The translations under genes were made by a program, and so were the position numbers. A stretch of DNA of 63,969 nucleotides, counting the filler, from Phoronis australis (Eukaryota > Animalia > Phoronida), in NCBI GenBank assembly GCA_002633005.1. It is 7 parts of 7 records of this genome, joined end to end, with 100 filler letters (N's around TTAATTAATTAA, not from the genome) between each part and the next. Parts side by side here need not be neighbours in the genome. Positions count along the whole stretch, not along the records: positions 16,015 to 25,062 come from NMRA01001491.1; positions 25,163 to 44,715 come from NMRA01000090.1; 5 more parts are not named here. One strand, 5' to 3'. This document shows positions 22,184-36,530 of the stretch, piece after piece. Below the pieces are notes generated by a model, which did not search any database, was not told where the DNA came from, and saw only the letters and a list, made by a program, of their open reading frames with translations. Position 1 is the first letter of the stretch, and every line of letters begins with the position of its first letter.

Positions 22184-25100
22184 CTGAAACAAGCACAATA
22201 ACTACAACACAGCCGTCACAAACAGTGGCAACTTTGTTAGCCAATTCTTCATCAAGTGGTTTGTGAATCCCGAATTTAACTTATCAGGTGAATATTTTTA
22301 GGAACAGCCAGCTTGAAAAATTAGTAAAATGTTATAACTTTCAAAAAATGATAATTGCCGCAGTTTCCCACAATTTGTCTGCTGGCTCTTGGGGTGTAAA
22401 AGTCAAAATGGATAGCATTACTATACTTCTACATATCATTTATGGAAGTGAGAACAATAAAAAATTACATGTCTGCCATTTTGAGTCCTTAACTTGGTTA
22501 GATTTTAGCATAGCTAAATAACATTCTGTACAATACAACCTGGTATACAAGGCCATGGCCTTAGATGGCGAAATAAAGAAATTTTGGAAATAGCGCAACT
22601 TCTTCAAATATACTTAAGGCTATATTCAAATATAACACCAAACCGTTTCGTCTAGTATAAGGTCAATCATCATCATATTTCTAGCGTTTTTGCCAATTGG
22701 TTTTGACTGAAAGGTTAGGTAATGTCAAGTTTAACTAAATATTGAATAGCTAAAAAGCATTCTATGAAAAAAATTAAATGAAGAGAAATACAATGCTCAA
22801 ATCAGGAGGAGGTCATTCTATCAAGTATAACAGGGCATAACAGGTCAACACATTCAAAGATATCCCAAAGGTTTGAATGTTACTTTTTCCAACAAATATG
22901 GTAATTATATGAAACAATAAATTATTGGTAAATATGAAAATAAAACTCTAATTAAAGAACATTTTTGCTCGCAGAAAAAATTAATCAACAATGAAAGGCA
23001 CATGCATAGAAAAGGAACATTTAAAGCAAAAGGATAGTCAACTATCTCACCAAAGACTTGTGAGCAGATTTAGTACATATGCACCCAAATCACTAGAATT
23101 CATTTATCAGCAAATCAAGGGTAGTGCACTGCTCAGATTACAGGTATCCAGGCTATCACTAAGACTTGTTGAAAGAATGTGAGTGAATGGATCAATGCAT
23201 TCTGCAAATCTAGCAACCAAACATATGCTTAACCTGCAAAAAACTTTAATTTTCAAAACTCTAAATGCTGAGATTGCAATCTACATACATGAATTAGAAT
23301 ACATCAAAAAGGCCTAACATTAATGTTGTGTTTTAAAAATTAAGACAAATATTCCTTGATGACAAATATGTTCCCTCTTCCAAACAAAAATTTATTATTT
23401 GGTAACTGGCCATGCTAATTAAAACACACACAAAACTGTGTGCAATGGTGTTCACCTTGGCATACCACATGGATAAAGGAAGTTCACTTTGCATTTTGTA
23501 CAAACAAAAAAATAAGAGCATCACAAATTAAAGTTCACAAGATTAGTACACAAGATGCCCAAGTACTTCATCTTGAGGAAAGATTGGGAAACCTGAAACC
23601 TGGCAGGGCACCAGGTCAATGTGATAAGTCCTTGGTGCCCTTGACCATCAGCTTTCAATGATTATCAGTGGAGAAAGCCATGTCCAGATGCAAGGTGTAG
23701 CTACTTGACCATTGGGCGATTTTAAAAAAATCGGGCTTCACTGCTTTTCTGTCTTGTCCAAAAACATCCCTGGCATCAATTGGATAGCAAGAAATATGTA
23801 CTAAACAAATATTTGGCAAAAAAAAAAAAACAGCTGGGGCGAGTGCAAGGCTTCTAAAACAATCTCTGGTGGAGTTTTGCAAGATTTGACAGAAGGGTTA
23901 AATGGAACTGAGTGTAAGATTCACCAAGGCCATAATCCTATACAATCTTGGCTGTTATATACATATGATTGTTGCATAACATAACAGACAGTAAGATTCA
24001 CCAACAGCAGAAGGTGAAAGTTCAAGGCAGTGTTATGCAACTCTTAAGTCAACCAGGCCCCCCAAGAACACCACTCCAGGAATTATTACCAGTTAATATG
24101 GCAGCTGGTCCCTTGAAACTATAAATAGACAAAGTGACTGGACTGACCTTACACTGACACTATTTAATCACAACAGAAAATCCTTATCACATTCTCAACT
24201 TTAATAGCAGCATAACCATGTCATAGAACTTTGGCACAAAGACGCATGCTAAGTGGCACAAACATGTTTTTTGTTAAACAAACATGAAATTTTCATTCAG
24301 ATGCCCTTTTGAAACTAGTCTTAACTTGCTCCTTACTCAAACAAAAGTTGACTTTTAGGCTTGGACAGAACTGAAGTTTCTCCCTATTTTTTTAGACCTG
24401 GCACAGCATTAGTTACCGGTAGTTCATCTGGGTAGGCCATCCAATGCACTGAGTATAACCTCAAGTAACAACACACATAGGACATCTTATCATAAAGCAG
24501 ATCAGCCGTTTAAAAAGGCACCCTATCAGCTGTCATGTGACTTAATAAGCATGAGTTATCGTGAAAATGTATTCTTGTCAATCATGTGCGATCCCCATGG
24601 GCGGAATAGCAAACTGAAAGTCACGTCATTGGAAAGTGCCTTTTCATGGCAATATGGCAGATCTGTCGTCAGAATTGGGAATGGAGAATAAAAAGGCAGA
24701 GCAGATGTCTGACAAGCGTACATATGAGAATCTTTTAGATCAGACATCTGATCTGCCTTCTGATAAGACAGCGGCATTAAAGGTAGCCTCTAGCGACAAC
24801 AAACGCGACATCAGAAATACAAGTATTTTTTAATAAAATATAGTTTATGTTACTTGCATACCACAGAAAGTAATTAATAGCATTTTAGAACGAGAGCGCT
24901 CGGAGGAGCGACACTTGGCGGAACTAATCGAAAAGACGACGATGAGGGAGACGATGACAATCAAGACGATCACGGCGGCAATTATGAATAAGACGATAAC
25001 ACGATAACATTCATGTGACTAGCGAAGAAATCAAATAGAGAGCAGACAATCAACTACAATAANNNNNNNNNNNNNNNNNNNNNNNNNNNNNNNNNNNNNN

Positions 25101-25994
25101 NNNNNNTTAATTAATTAANNNNNNNNNNNNNNNNNNNNNNNNNNNNNNNNNNNNNNNNNNNNGGCTGAAATTTGGTGAACACTGTTGAATCGTGCAGAAT
25201 AGTAAGTAAAGATATGTCTAACTAAATTTCACCGTAATTTGTTGGCGAAAACAATTTACACAAAGTTTTAAACTCGTAACTTATCCCGCTGTCCTCCAAT
25301 ATGGCCGACGCGATCCAAACAAAGTGACCCAAATTTCGCCACAAAACTTGCAATAACTTTACACTGCTTGCCCCGATTTTGATACTTTTTCGATTTTTAC
25401 TGAGTAGAATGTACTATCTTTCCGATGATAGTAAAGTATTTTTTCAAAACGACGAAAAAATAAAACCAAAAAAAAATTGGTTCGACCCATATTGGTTCTT
25501 AGGACGTTCGACCCGCCTACGTAAGGAACTAAACACCAATGCTATTTTAACATACTAAGTACGCGGAACATTCTAGAAAAATCAACGACCACTAACTACA
25601 AACTATAAATACACTACATATGCAAACGAATCACGATATATTACTAATAAAACAAAATAATGAAGACTTTTCGAGCAAGCCATAGCACATTCAGTTACAA
25701 GGAAAAAATGGCGGCGTTCAGGACAAATTCCTGAACTGATGAGCCTGAAATGTGGGTACGGAAATAACCGATGACAACCGGTAATCATACGCTCAGAGAG
25801 AACGGTCAAATACTGTTAAAAAATCGCTTTTGGCAAGAAAGGCGAAAAGAATATAAAGAAAGGGTGTCGAAAATAAGAATTTATGTAGTAAGTATTTTCG
25901 GATACTAGAACCACATGGGCAGTTTGCAACAAGGACTTTAAACGGTAGAAGTTTTCGGAAGCCGATGTTGAATGCTTCCTTCCTCAGTGTGACC

Positions 25995-26270
25995 GTGTGA
26001 GATCACAAATGCGGGAAAGGTTAAATGTGCCATCGTCTCTGTTCTTGACGTTGGAGATGGATTCTCTTATTCTTCTTTTTCTAGTGTGACTTTCACTATC
26101 AATTATTTTTGCATTTTCTCAGTCATTCACCTGATTGTGTTTTTCTAGCGTGATCAGTGATAGCTGATTTGTTAAATTCACTGAGAGAGGCTTTCTTGTG
26201 CGACCTGGTGAAAGCTCTATATCTGGTAATGTCCTCAAGGTCCTCATGATGTTCAGCCAAAATTTCAACC
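25995..26270 (-). pseudogene. Penelope-like element relic (GIY-YIG endonuclease C-terminus)
   Basis: EHHEDLE...FTRSHKKASLSEFNKSAITDHA...KIIDSESHTRKRRIRESI...NRDDGTFNLS, with frameshifts. Confidence 0.75.
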
Positions 26271-26529
26271 AGTTTCAGCAATATAAACACTCTTTCATGA
26301 AGCACAACCAATGTTATAAACAATACCACTACAATCCTCATGTGCTAAGGAGGATTGCAGTCAGAATGTTCCACTTGCACCACAAGTTGATTTCTTGCTC
26401 TGTTGCTTTTGTTTGGGCGCTTCCATTTTGGTAACAGGAGTCAAAATCATTAAAAACATGCGTTTAACGAGACAAGGAACAGGGAGACAAGTTGCTGGTC
26501 ACAATGGTTCCTGTCTGCTTGTATTAAAA

Positions 26530-26810
26530 AATGTCCTGGTTTCCATCACTATAAGCGTGATTGGGTATCATTTGTGGATGTACTGTTGAAGTGCAACATT
26601 GAGCCAAATGTGATTCCTATGTGGTTTCCGTCCAAAATAATGTTGAAGTTTCCAATATCGTTGGTCATATACCAGCCAAGTGTGCTCCTGTGTGTTCTCA
26701 TTTCATGGCTCAGGCTGGTGATATTCCGTGTATTGTCTAGGGAAAATTACAGAAAAGTGGGCCACGAACTTGAAATTCCTGCCAAGTACTGCTTTGTTGG
26801 TTTTGCCACG
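26530..26810 (+). pseudogene. HIRAN-like domain gene relic (probable transposon passenger)
   Basis: Across two frameshifts and one stop: GFHHYKRDWVSFVDVLLKCNIEPN / DSYVVSV...NIVGHIPAKCAPVCSHF...GDIPCIV*G / GHELEIPAKYCFVG. Confidence 0.7.
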
Positions 26811-27399
26811 GCAATGAAATACATTGGACAAGCGTCATCTCGGAAATCATGCTGTTAGCATATGCGCTAAGTAACTAACGGTTAAGCACGAGGTTGACCC
26901 AGTTAAGTTTTAAAAGAGGCGCTTGAATAATATTATGTAGATGTATATTATTGGGCTCTCAATTCTTCACCAATCCGTTAAAATAGGCTATGCAAGTTTG
27001 TCTCATATGTTACTAAAAACGAAACAACTATCACCATGTTCCAAACCCCAATAAGAAAGTACAAAAGTATGGTATTTATATGAATGTACATTGGCCAGTC
27101 TGAGTGCATAACTTCTGCATAAAATATGGTGGTGATTCAAACTGTGCATTTTGTTATATTTTTAAGTGATGCGTAAAAAAGCTTTGTACACACATGAAAA
27201 TAGCGATTATTGTGAATGATTCTTTCCTTTACTGTGAGCAATTAAAGGTCAAATGTCAGCGGTTATGAGAACGTAACACTGTTCAGTCGCTCACTTTCAC
27301 TGACTGAAATTAAAAACACAAGATTATATTACAATAAAAAATGTTTTGTTGTCTTACAGCATGTTTTGATCAGAAATGTAGGCTACAACTAATGCATCA

Positions 27400-28570
27400 C
27401 AATAATGTCGTCGTCATTATCATCATCGTCTAAATGCGTGAATCCATCAAAGTTGTCCAAGTCATCATTGCAGATACTATCCAAAATCAAATTGGCAGCC
27501 TTTAGCCCTTCAGCCTCTATCCGCAGCCACCACTGTGCGTCTCTCAGTGGGTCGTTCAATAGATGATCTTCGCTGCCATCAAAATCTGTGGAAATTACGC
27601 ACACCTTGAAGCTGCGTCGCACAGTGTCCTCTCCAATTGCTTTCCAGGTGCGGAAATTCACATCACATTTAGCCTGGAGGCAATTTCTAAGTTTCCCATG
27701 GACGTTTTTTTGTCTGCCTTCCTTCATGATGCGTACTTTTGCCTGACTTGGAGTGCATGTGACGTAGTCCACGAGACATCGGCCAGTTGCAAGATGGAGT
27801 TACAGCTACCTGGAATAAAAGCCGTGTCAGTATCGACTTCTCCAATAGCATCTATAATGTAATCCATTGTGGGGATCCTGGCGTGGTCATTGTCGTTGTC
27901 TCTCTATCACTAACGAATCCACTCTTGAATAGTCGCTGATGTCATCCACTGTGACGTGCTGTTTGTCACCTGAACGTTGTTGAGAATGTTCAATATCACC
28001 CTGACTCATTGTGGAATGTCACCATCACGTTGATTAAACTAGAAGTGCTGATCGCTTCTGGCCGTTTGCCGAAGCACGTACCCCAATGATGAATCTTCGC
28101 TTACTTCCCCCAGTTTTTGCAATCCAAACGGCTCTTGAGCCTCTTACGTCACTAGTTTTATCAAATCTGCACATTGCAGATGTTGTAATCCTTGTAGTCG
28201 TTTCTTAGTCGCTGCCTTTGAACGTGATGTTTAAAGGAGGTAATTTAAGCGGCATAATCTTCCCTGAGCTTTTGGGCCTCAGTGGTCCCAGGTCTAATTC
28301 CAAGATGATTTATGTTCTTCCACCTGCGCAGCCACCAGTCCGATGCTCCGAACCTGCCAATTGCCTTCAATAGCACTCTCAAGCCCCACTCCTTTTTCTC
28401 TCAATTCAGCATTACTCACTGATCCTCCAGCTGCTCTCTCATAATATCAAGTACTCCAAGAATTCGCCATCCACCTCATCGCATATGCTGCCGCCAGGGT
28501 GAAGCCGCTTCAGAATGCTTGCAGGGCCCTGGCCATTGTGTGACGGCAAATCTTCGTTTCTTAGCCATTT
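27400..28570 (-). pseudogene. pogo/Tigger-type (DDE_1) transposase relic
   Basis: DTAFIPGSCNSILQLADVSW (IPGG.T..LQP.DV motif) and TWKAIGEDTVRRSFKVCVISTDFDGSEDHLL, followed by an acidic tail. The upstream part is heavily degraded. Confidence 0.75.
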
Positions 28571-30799
28571 TTGTTCACTCTTCCTATGAAGCTTGAAGTC
28601 ATGCAACATTTCAAAAATGTTATCACCTTGCTCTCATGCTGTGATATTATTTCTAGTTTGTACTTCATGCTATGGCTATTTTGTTTCGGCGTCTGCATTG
28701 TGCAGCAGTGTGTTGACCTGAGTCATCCAACCAGCTGGCTGGCCTCATGACAGCTGGATCTGGATAACTAGTTGGGAGAATACTGTAGTAGAAGTTACTG
28801 AAGTCTTGTATAAATAAACAGAATGGCTTTTTACCTCCTTGTGAATGACAGGTTGATAACACATAAATGGTAATTAAAGTGTGTGCCATTTGGAAGTATT
28901 CAAAATAATTATTTTCCATTAGATGTAGTGATATGAAAGTCAAACCCCCACGGTCAATGTTCACGCTCCATGTACAAATAAAAATTTTCAATTTAATTGC
29001 AAAAGAGCTTTTAAGAAGCCTTTTAAAGTATTGAATAGTCAAAAAAATGTTTCTGTCATGATCACCCCAGGAATCAACTGACCAATGAATCCAATATCTA
29101 AGGCCGAATAAAACCAAATTTCACGAATAAGCTGAAGGTTTCCTTGTTCAAACAACCCCACAATATTTACGTACTTATGGCTTAAACTTAATTTTTACCA
29201 AATGCTTTTTTCAGCATTTACTTTCAATAATTAGGAAGTCAGCATTTTATTGTCGCCTGCGCGTTGAGTCTATGCTTAGCGCGCTATCTCCCAATGTCTA
29301 ACTTGAAACCTATGTTTGCTTAGCGCACAAAATAATGCATGTACAACTTGAAACAATGGATTCCTGTGTATGTCTGCTGTCTCTGGAAACACATCTTTAA
29401 ATTTTCTGACGTAAAACATTCCGCTCGTGACACGCTGCTCATGTGAATGTTTTCACACATAGACAATTGTCCCAGGGGTACTTGTCCTTTTACCACACAC
29501 TGACACGAGTTCTGTGCATGAGCCAAAGGAAGTAATTGTGTCTCCTTCAGTATAGAGCATGAGAATACGGGTATTGTACCCCCATAGTAAGGCAAGATTC
29601 CAGTTCCGCTAAAACTGATTGATTGTCACTGACAGGTAAGCGAGTTGCGCACGTTTTGGAATCTTAGTTTTGTGCAGCAAACATTCACAAAACACAGACA
29701 TTTTTAAGGAAGTCTTGATCATGAAAAATTGGGGGTAGGGTGCCAGGTAAGCCAAGCATGGGTGCTTTAACCAGGATGAGTATGGTATTACTGACATTAG
29801 TAATGTCGCCTTGTCACAAACGTTAGTGGTGTGTAACGGGTGTAACACACTGTTTCAAGTCTACAACGTTGTCACAAAGTTGAGAGTGTGATGCAAGTTA
29901 CATAGCTTTTTTTAGCTCTTGTGTACATGCATGTGTGTTTGTATGTGCATGTTCTTATTTGTACACTTTGAGCCTATTCACCCAAATTGATAAGAAAGAT
30001 CTTTAAAGTATTGAGTTTTAGTTTGTCAGGTTTCCATGTTGCTTGACATCTCTTACTTTATTTTAGGGCGATGTCTCCTGCCCACGCCATGCCTATCACT
30101 TCATGTGAAGGGCCAGTGTTTCTCGACCCAGGTATGGTAACTAAGTGAACAAATGAAAACATTGGTATTCAAACTAATGACTGACCTCTTTTTAAATTAT
30201 GAAAAGAATTTTAAGTATTCCCTGGTTCTCTATCTGGTGAGCGCAGTGTGCACAGAGATATCGTTACTGTGCCTTAATGATGCCTCGATTTTGGGGCCGA
30301 ATATGGTGAAACATTTTCAAAATAGGGCAAAATTCCCCTCATTGGTCCAAAAGTTTTCCTCCGATGAAGTTTAGAATCTTTTTAGGTCACACAGTTGCAG
30401 TCAAATATGGTGGCGACCGTGGTTGGGCATTTTCCCTCATCCAAAAAATACTCTCAGAAGGCAGTGACAGGCACCTTTCCTCTCAGGTGAGGGAGCCCGG
30501 CTCTGTGGTGATATCAATGAGTGCATTAATCCTCCTAACACATACCAACAATTTCATCGGAAAGTATCATGTGTAACGATATAAAATGTACAAGACAGTA
30601 TGCCCTGTCAGAAAATTTTTGCTGCTTTCTTAATATGACAACTGTAGTGACTGGGTATGACAAATTCATAGTTGCAGTCAGGTCCTCACACCATATTTTT
30701 CCACATATGGATTACTAATGAGTTAAAACTTGTTAAGTCATATTTAATGTTTGTTGAAACTATTGTGCGTGCATGCGCGTGTGTGTGTTCATTTTGTTG

Positions 30800-31103
30800 T
30801 ATATATATGTATATATATGTATATATATATATATTTAAATTTATTTGCCTTGGATGACTGAAGTTTAGTCGAAGTACAGCTACTGTTTTATTATGAAATG
30901 TTTTGTACAGTATTTTATTATATATTTACTTGTATGTTTGTGTTCGTGATGCCACTTACACTGGGCGATCTACCATTTCAACTGCCATCTGAAGAAAGAC
31001 ATTTATGTAGACATTATGAAAGTTCTTTGAACAAACTAACTAAAGCCAAGAACAGCTTACTTTTCAGTGAAACTTATATATGTATATATATATGTATATA
31101 TAT
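30800..31103. repeat. Two interrupted (TA)n microsatellites (30800-30833 and 31075-31103)
   Basis: Read directly from the sequence. Confidence 0.8.
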
Positions 31104-31292
31104 GTTAAAATACACTAGTTTTACCCTATTCAGATCTTCCTGATATTTATAGGGTATTCTTTCAATTTAACTTCAACTAAACAAATGCTAAGCTAGAACT
31201 TCATGAGAATTCTGGTAATTCGTGTTGGTGTTTTATAATAGCAGTTTAGTTTCCAACTGAGGAATATTTTATTGCTTTAAGTTTCAAGGTAC

Positions 31293-31768
31293 AGGTACTT
31301 AAACTACATGGTTAACGGACCCATAAACACGGTCATGGACGCATGAACGCGACTCATGTACCTGCAAACACCGTTCACTGACTCACAAACACGGGAACGG
31401 ACTCACTAAACACGATCCATTCTCCCATATACACAGGACACAGACTCACGTTCAAGAAGAAACACAGTTAACGGATTGCGAAACACGGTTTACGGACAAA
31501 ATGTAGATGTCAGCTGACCCAGGAAGCCGATGAGTCCGTGACCTGTGTTTATGACATGCTTTATCGGAGTGAACGGTGATTGGCGGTCCGTTTACAGTGT
31601 TTTTTCGTGAATATGAATCCGTGTCCCATGTATTTGGGTGAATGGATCGTGTTTGTGAGTCCGTTCCTGTGTTTGAGAGTCAGTGAACGGTGTTTGCAGG
31701 TACGTGAGTCATGTTCATGCGTCCGTGACCGTGTTTATGAGTCCATTAACCGTGTAGTTTAGGTACCT
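31293..31768. mobile_element. Palindromic MITE / foldback element (~476 bp)
   Basis: Imperfect inverted arms of ~190 bp: AGGTACTTAAACTACATGGTTAACGGACCCATAAACACGG... and ...CCGTGTTTATGAGTCCATTAACCGTGTAGTTTAGGTACCT. Confidence 0.8.
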
Positions 31769-34700
31769 TGAGTTTGCAGATGGTAAGTCATGGCAAGTTC
31801 ATGTAGCAGGACAACATGAATGGCAACTAACTTGAGAACCAATTAACTTTTCAACTCCACTGATCACCTTTTTTACTGTGGTTTTGCCTTGACTCACCAT
31901 CAGCTTCAGCTGTAAATGGTTTTGATTCTAATCTGAGACAGATGGTCCTGCTGAGAAGATAGTACTTCTTTCTCTTATAACTGAAGGATGCTGAATTGGA
32001 TAATTCATCAAATTTCCTGTTTTTAAGTTTGTGTTTGAAATTGGTTTCTTTTTATGCTGTCATCTCTATTTGATACACAATCCTCACTTGAAAGTTAACG
32101 GACTCTATCAATGAGTAGAAGGCTGACCTTCCAATTACTTGGTTCTCACGAATACAGTGTCTTCGTTAATATATGGCCCTTTCGAAATGATTGCATTTCC
32201 ATTTTGATAATGCAACCTCATGTTTTTCAATTGGGCACACCTAGTGTTTTTGTTTCAATGTTTTCGTCTACATAAAATGCTATGTATCCAAAACGCTTAT
32301 TGAGCAGTAGTTCTGTTTTGGTAGTACATAGTGTTTGAAAACATCGTTGGCACAAGTATATTGAAAACTAGTCAAGGTCCAATGATTGATTGTAATTAAA
32401 AAATAGTCTATACCATATCACATTACACAGGTAAATTTTAGTCCAAAATACTCATCCCACCTAAAATTAGTTCCCTAGGCTTACATTCTTTACTGACTAC
32501 AAGTGTTGTAATTTTGAGATTCTGTACTCTGCTGTTCCTAACTAGTTCAGAAGACCTGTCATGGAAAACTCAATCGTCATCCTACAGCGATACTAACATA
32601 ATGGTCTATAGCAATCAATGGATGTGTTTTCACCCCTTGATAATTATCTCTGCTGTCATATTGAATGTTGCAAACAGGGTCATGGACCATTTGCAGCTGC
32701 ACTAATGCTCTCACCACACTTCCATCCTGACAGCAGGAGATGGAAACTCCAATGTCCGTTAGGTTTTCGTTTTCAGTCGTCTTTTTCCCCTTAGACTGGC
32801 TTGAGGTGTCACAAAAGTTTCAATAGTTCAGGATGCGCTTCCCATCGCCAAAGGTAGACAATCTCTGGTGTTAATGGTGGAAGAGTGCCTAGCCAAAAGC
32901 TTGATGTCGGAGACGTACAGGTTGAGAGGACTGCTGTTGTTAAATGCCCTAGCCAAGTGATGTGTTCTGTCCTTCACTTGGATGTTGGCATGACCTGGCT
33001 CATAGGTCCCCATCACAGCTGGATGCTTGGGAGGGAAAATTGGCTAGTATGATGGCTGTGCCCGGTTGCATGAAACAGTTTCAAATAGGGACTCATCTAA
33101 ATTCCCTAAATCTACTACACATTTTTGGACTTGTGAAAACATCAGTTGTCTTTTCTTGAATTGTTTTAGTTTCATTACCAAGTCAACTTTTGACTTTGAT
33201 ACAAGTCGAGAGTGAATTAATTCTATGTTGAATTGTCAATATTATCGAACATATTTAGGATCTTTTCATGCAGCACACCTAATTTAAGGACTGAGTCCCC
33301 ATTTATTTTTAATGAACTTTGGACTCAGTTTTCAGTTTAATTATTAGAAAATGTCATTAATCAAAGGGAAGCTCATAATAAGGATGAAATGATTGAAAAA
33401 TATTGCATCTGTGAGTCCATAAAGACACAAGTACGCAGAAAGACTTAGGGACATTAGTTGAGTCCCTATTTGGGCCTGTTTCATGCAACCAGGCACAGGA
33501 TGCCAGAGCATATCTTTGACGGGACAGTCACAAAGTTTGTTGCAAAGATGATACTGCCCGGAGTCAGATCCAGCTCAGAGAGCTTGACAAAAGCGTGTTG
33601 TATGGCTTCTCAAATTTCGTGGGAGTGCTGCTGCTATTTTACCTGATTTAACTGAAGAGCAAATCAAAAAGGGTTTCAGGAAGTCCAATGAACGAACAGT
33701 TAAATAATAGCTTCAAGTATCACTTGATAGGTGGTGCATAGGCATAGACAGTCGTAGCAACTATAAGTCAAGTCTGGGCCTCGACTCGGATATTTCATGT
33801 TCTGGTTAGTAATGACTTTATTAAGCTAACAACACATGGATGCGTACAACGGTACTATCCGGCGTGCGTTTTTATTGTGATAATCATTTTGTTCTGAACA
33901 AACCATAAGAGGCACCTTTTCATGGAGAACTTAGTCAGAAAAGGCACCTTTTCCTTGAGCATTACGGGGTTTTCCCGTTACTCCCATTACTTGTTCGATT
34001 CTATAGCGCAACAACAAGTTGGGAAGATCACCCCTGTAGCCAATATCTTACACGGCTGATTAACTCCATTCTGGCATTTATGGTTGGAGGGCCAACTCTC
34101 TTTTGTTCGATAATTGTTCTAATCTCCAGTAAGATCATATCTAGCCTGACTGAGCTGTGCTGCTAAAAATAAAAGTTAAGTTATAACATATTTGAACATA
34201 CATCAATAGCATTTCTGAAATCCTCTTCAAATGGGGATCATGTTTAGTTTTTGAATAACCAAAATTGCCCAACTACAACCACAGTTACGACAATCTATTC
34301 TTTCCAAATGTACCAATTTGCTCTGGGTATGACTGTGGTCTGTAATAAGCCTGGTAGATAATTGGCCTGCCTGTTGTCATACCAGACAAAAAGACTGTGC
34401 GTGGCAGTAAACAAAGAAGCTCACAACCCTCCAGGTCCGGTAAACTCACTCATGAAATGCCATCATGAAATTTTGTCAGAAAGGACACCCTTTCGTAGAG
34501 AATTTTTTCATAGGGAAACTGGTCACAAAAAAGTCATCCATTACAAGGGGCACATCCTGCATACCTCCTCGAATAAGAGTACCCCCAGAGAACTAACCCT
34601 TCGTGGTGACTTGCACTCTTTTAAGGGAAGAGCATCTTACTTTTCTAGCTGCAGCCCCCTACCGACTGTCAAAATATAGTTGAATACCCCTTGCTAAGAG

Positions 34701-35879
34701 TTCTTAAAACTCAAGACAACCAGTTCGTCTCTTGGTGTTTGTGGAGGAAGTGACCATTGAGGAAATCAGTAGTTGCTGTTTCTAGTTATTCAGTTGAATG
34801 AGCACTGTTAAATATTTAAGCCAATGTCCCCTTGTTCCTTGATCAATGGTTAATGTCACTGATGTGTGTAATTATTTTATGGAGAAGTCCAGATCTGTTC
34901 TTCAAGTGAATGGGCTGTTGGCAAGCGATTTTGATTATTGTACTGTTTGGGGAAGACGTTTCAGAATATGTATACTGTATACAATAGGGTTTAATGGAAA
35001 CTGGAGATTGGCAATAACCAGACATGGGCAATTAAAGCCCAATGACAAGAACAGTGAACACAGTCATTTGATTGACTTAGGGAATTCATGTGTAATTAGT
35101 GTGCCATTTTTAACTTGAAAAGCAACATTTGGTGAGCATGTCACGCAATCTTATCAACATGACAAGTATAATCCGGATTTCCGCGTTCGTATGATTTTGA
35201 CAATTTACTACACTGCACAAGGATGACTACTCTGGACAATAAAACAAAATACATTTGAACGCATACTGTAAAAAAACGCTTTTGGATTTTCCCAGCACGC
35301 GGAGGATTGCTACTCTAGGAGAACGCCTTGTTCCAGTTGTGTAGATAATGAAACATTGGCATCTCAATTGGTATCTGTCTTCTTTCTGATGAGGGTCCCT
35401 GAGGCAGATCTATCTTCACCTTGCTTTTTGACAGACACAATTTGTCTTAATTACTCATGAGACAACACAATATTGTTATGTTGGTCAAGCATAGCACAGC
35501 AGATAAAGGCTTTAACATTGCTGGATATAGTGCAAATTTTGCATTCCACTAAGGTTACCAACATTAATGCATTTTCAAAATTAAGATACGGCACTTCACG
35601 TCAACGTTTTAATGTGACTGTTCAACAAGTGTAGAATTGTTAATCGGTTGGATAATCTCTAGATTACGACCTCCTAGAAACAATCAAATTTCTTGTCATA
35701 ACTTAGAAATGCCAGTGTTTGTAATCTCGTGGTGTTCATTTGTTAGTCGAGTATTAGTCAGGTTATGCCACCCTTGCATTCCCATTTCCAACTGTCAAAG
35801 ATTAAAAATTACTGTAAATCCGCATGCAGGCGACAAATCTTGCTTTTACAAGATAACTCCTGACACCAGTTGGCAGTTG

Positions 35880-36530
35880 TGGTATAACGTTGCGCGTTGT
35901 AGCCGACAGATGGCGCGCTTATGATAGTAAATGAAACAACACATGAATACTAACGACTAGAATACGTCTATTGATTTGTAGTGTTGTGATTAACAAACAA
36001 TATATTACAATAAGTTGTGAGACTGATGACTATTTGACTGAGATGAGATATCACTGCTGGTAAAGGAACTAATCTACAGTGCCACTAGTTACCAGCAACT
36101 AACACTCTAGAACAATCACCAGACTGGTTCATATGGACTAACAGGCTGATACCAGTGCCTGCGCTAAAGTGTCTGTGCCTCCAGTTACAGATTCTTCGAT
36201 TGATGTCTTCACCCTGGGTTCTTGGTCATCTGATTTCTTCGATCTCAGTGGTCTGGTCTCACCTTTGTGATCTTTGTGGTCTATTTGGTCTTTCAGGGCT
36301 TTTCTTGGTCAGGGTCTGTCTCTCACAAAGTTTGGCCATTTAAATAACGTTCATTATCATGTCTCATGATAAAACCTCTCGCTATGAGCCAAAATTGCAA
36401 AGATAGTTAAGCTGATGGATGCTAATTCTTACGCAACTGCTATTGTGGTAGACCTTAATAAGAGGATATGCACTAATGTCAATTGCGTAACATTACCATT
36501 GAAATGCATGGAGAATATGCGCTTATACCA
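35880..36530 (-). mobile_element. Solo LTR related to the LTR at 19772-20874
   Basis: Its reverse complement shares GCGCCATCTGTCGG, TTGTTTGTTAATCACAAC, CAACTTATTGTAA, AGCAGTGATATCTC and GATTGTTCTAGAG blocks in the same order. Termini are TGGTATAA/TTATACCA. No TSD was found. Confidence 0.7.

Noticed and set aside
25736-25790. CTGATGA...GAAA as a hammerhead ribozyme
   Set aside because: No convincing stems II and III around the core motifs.
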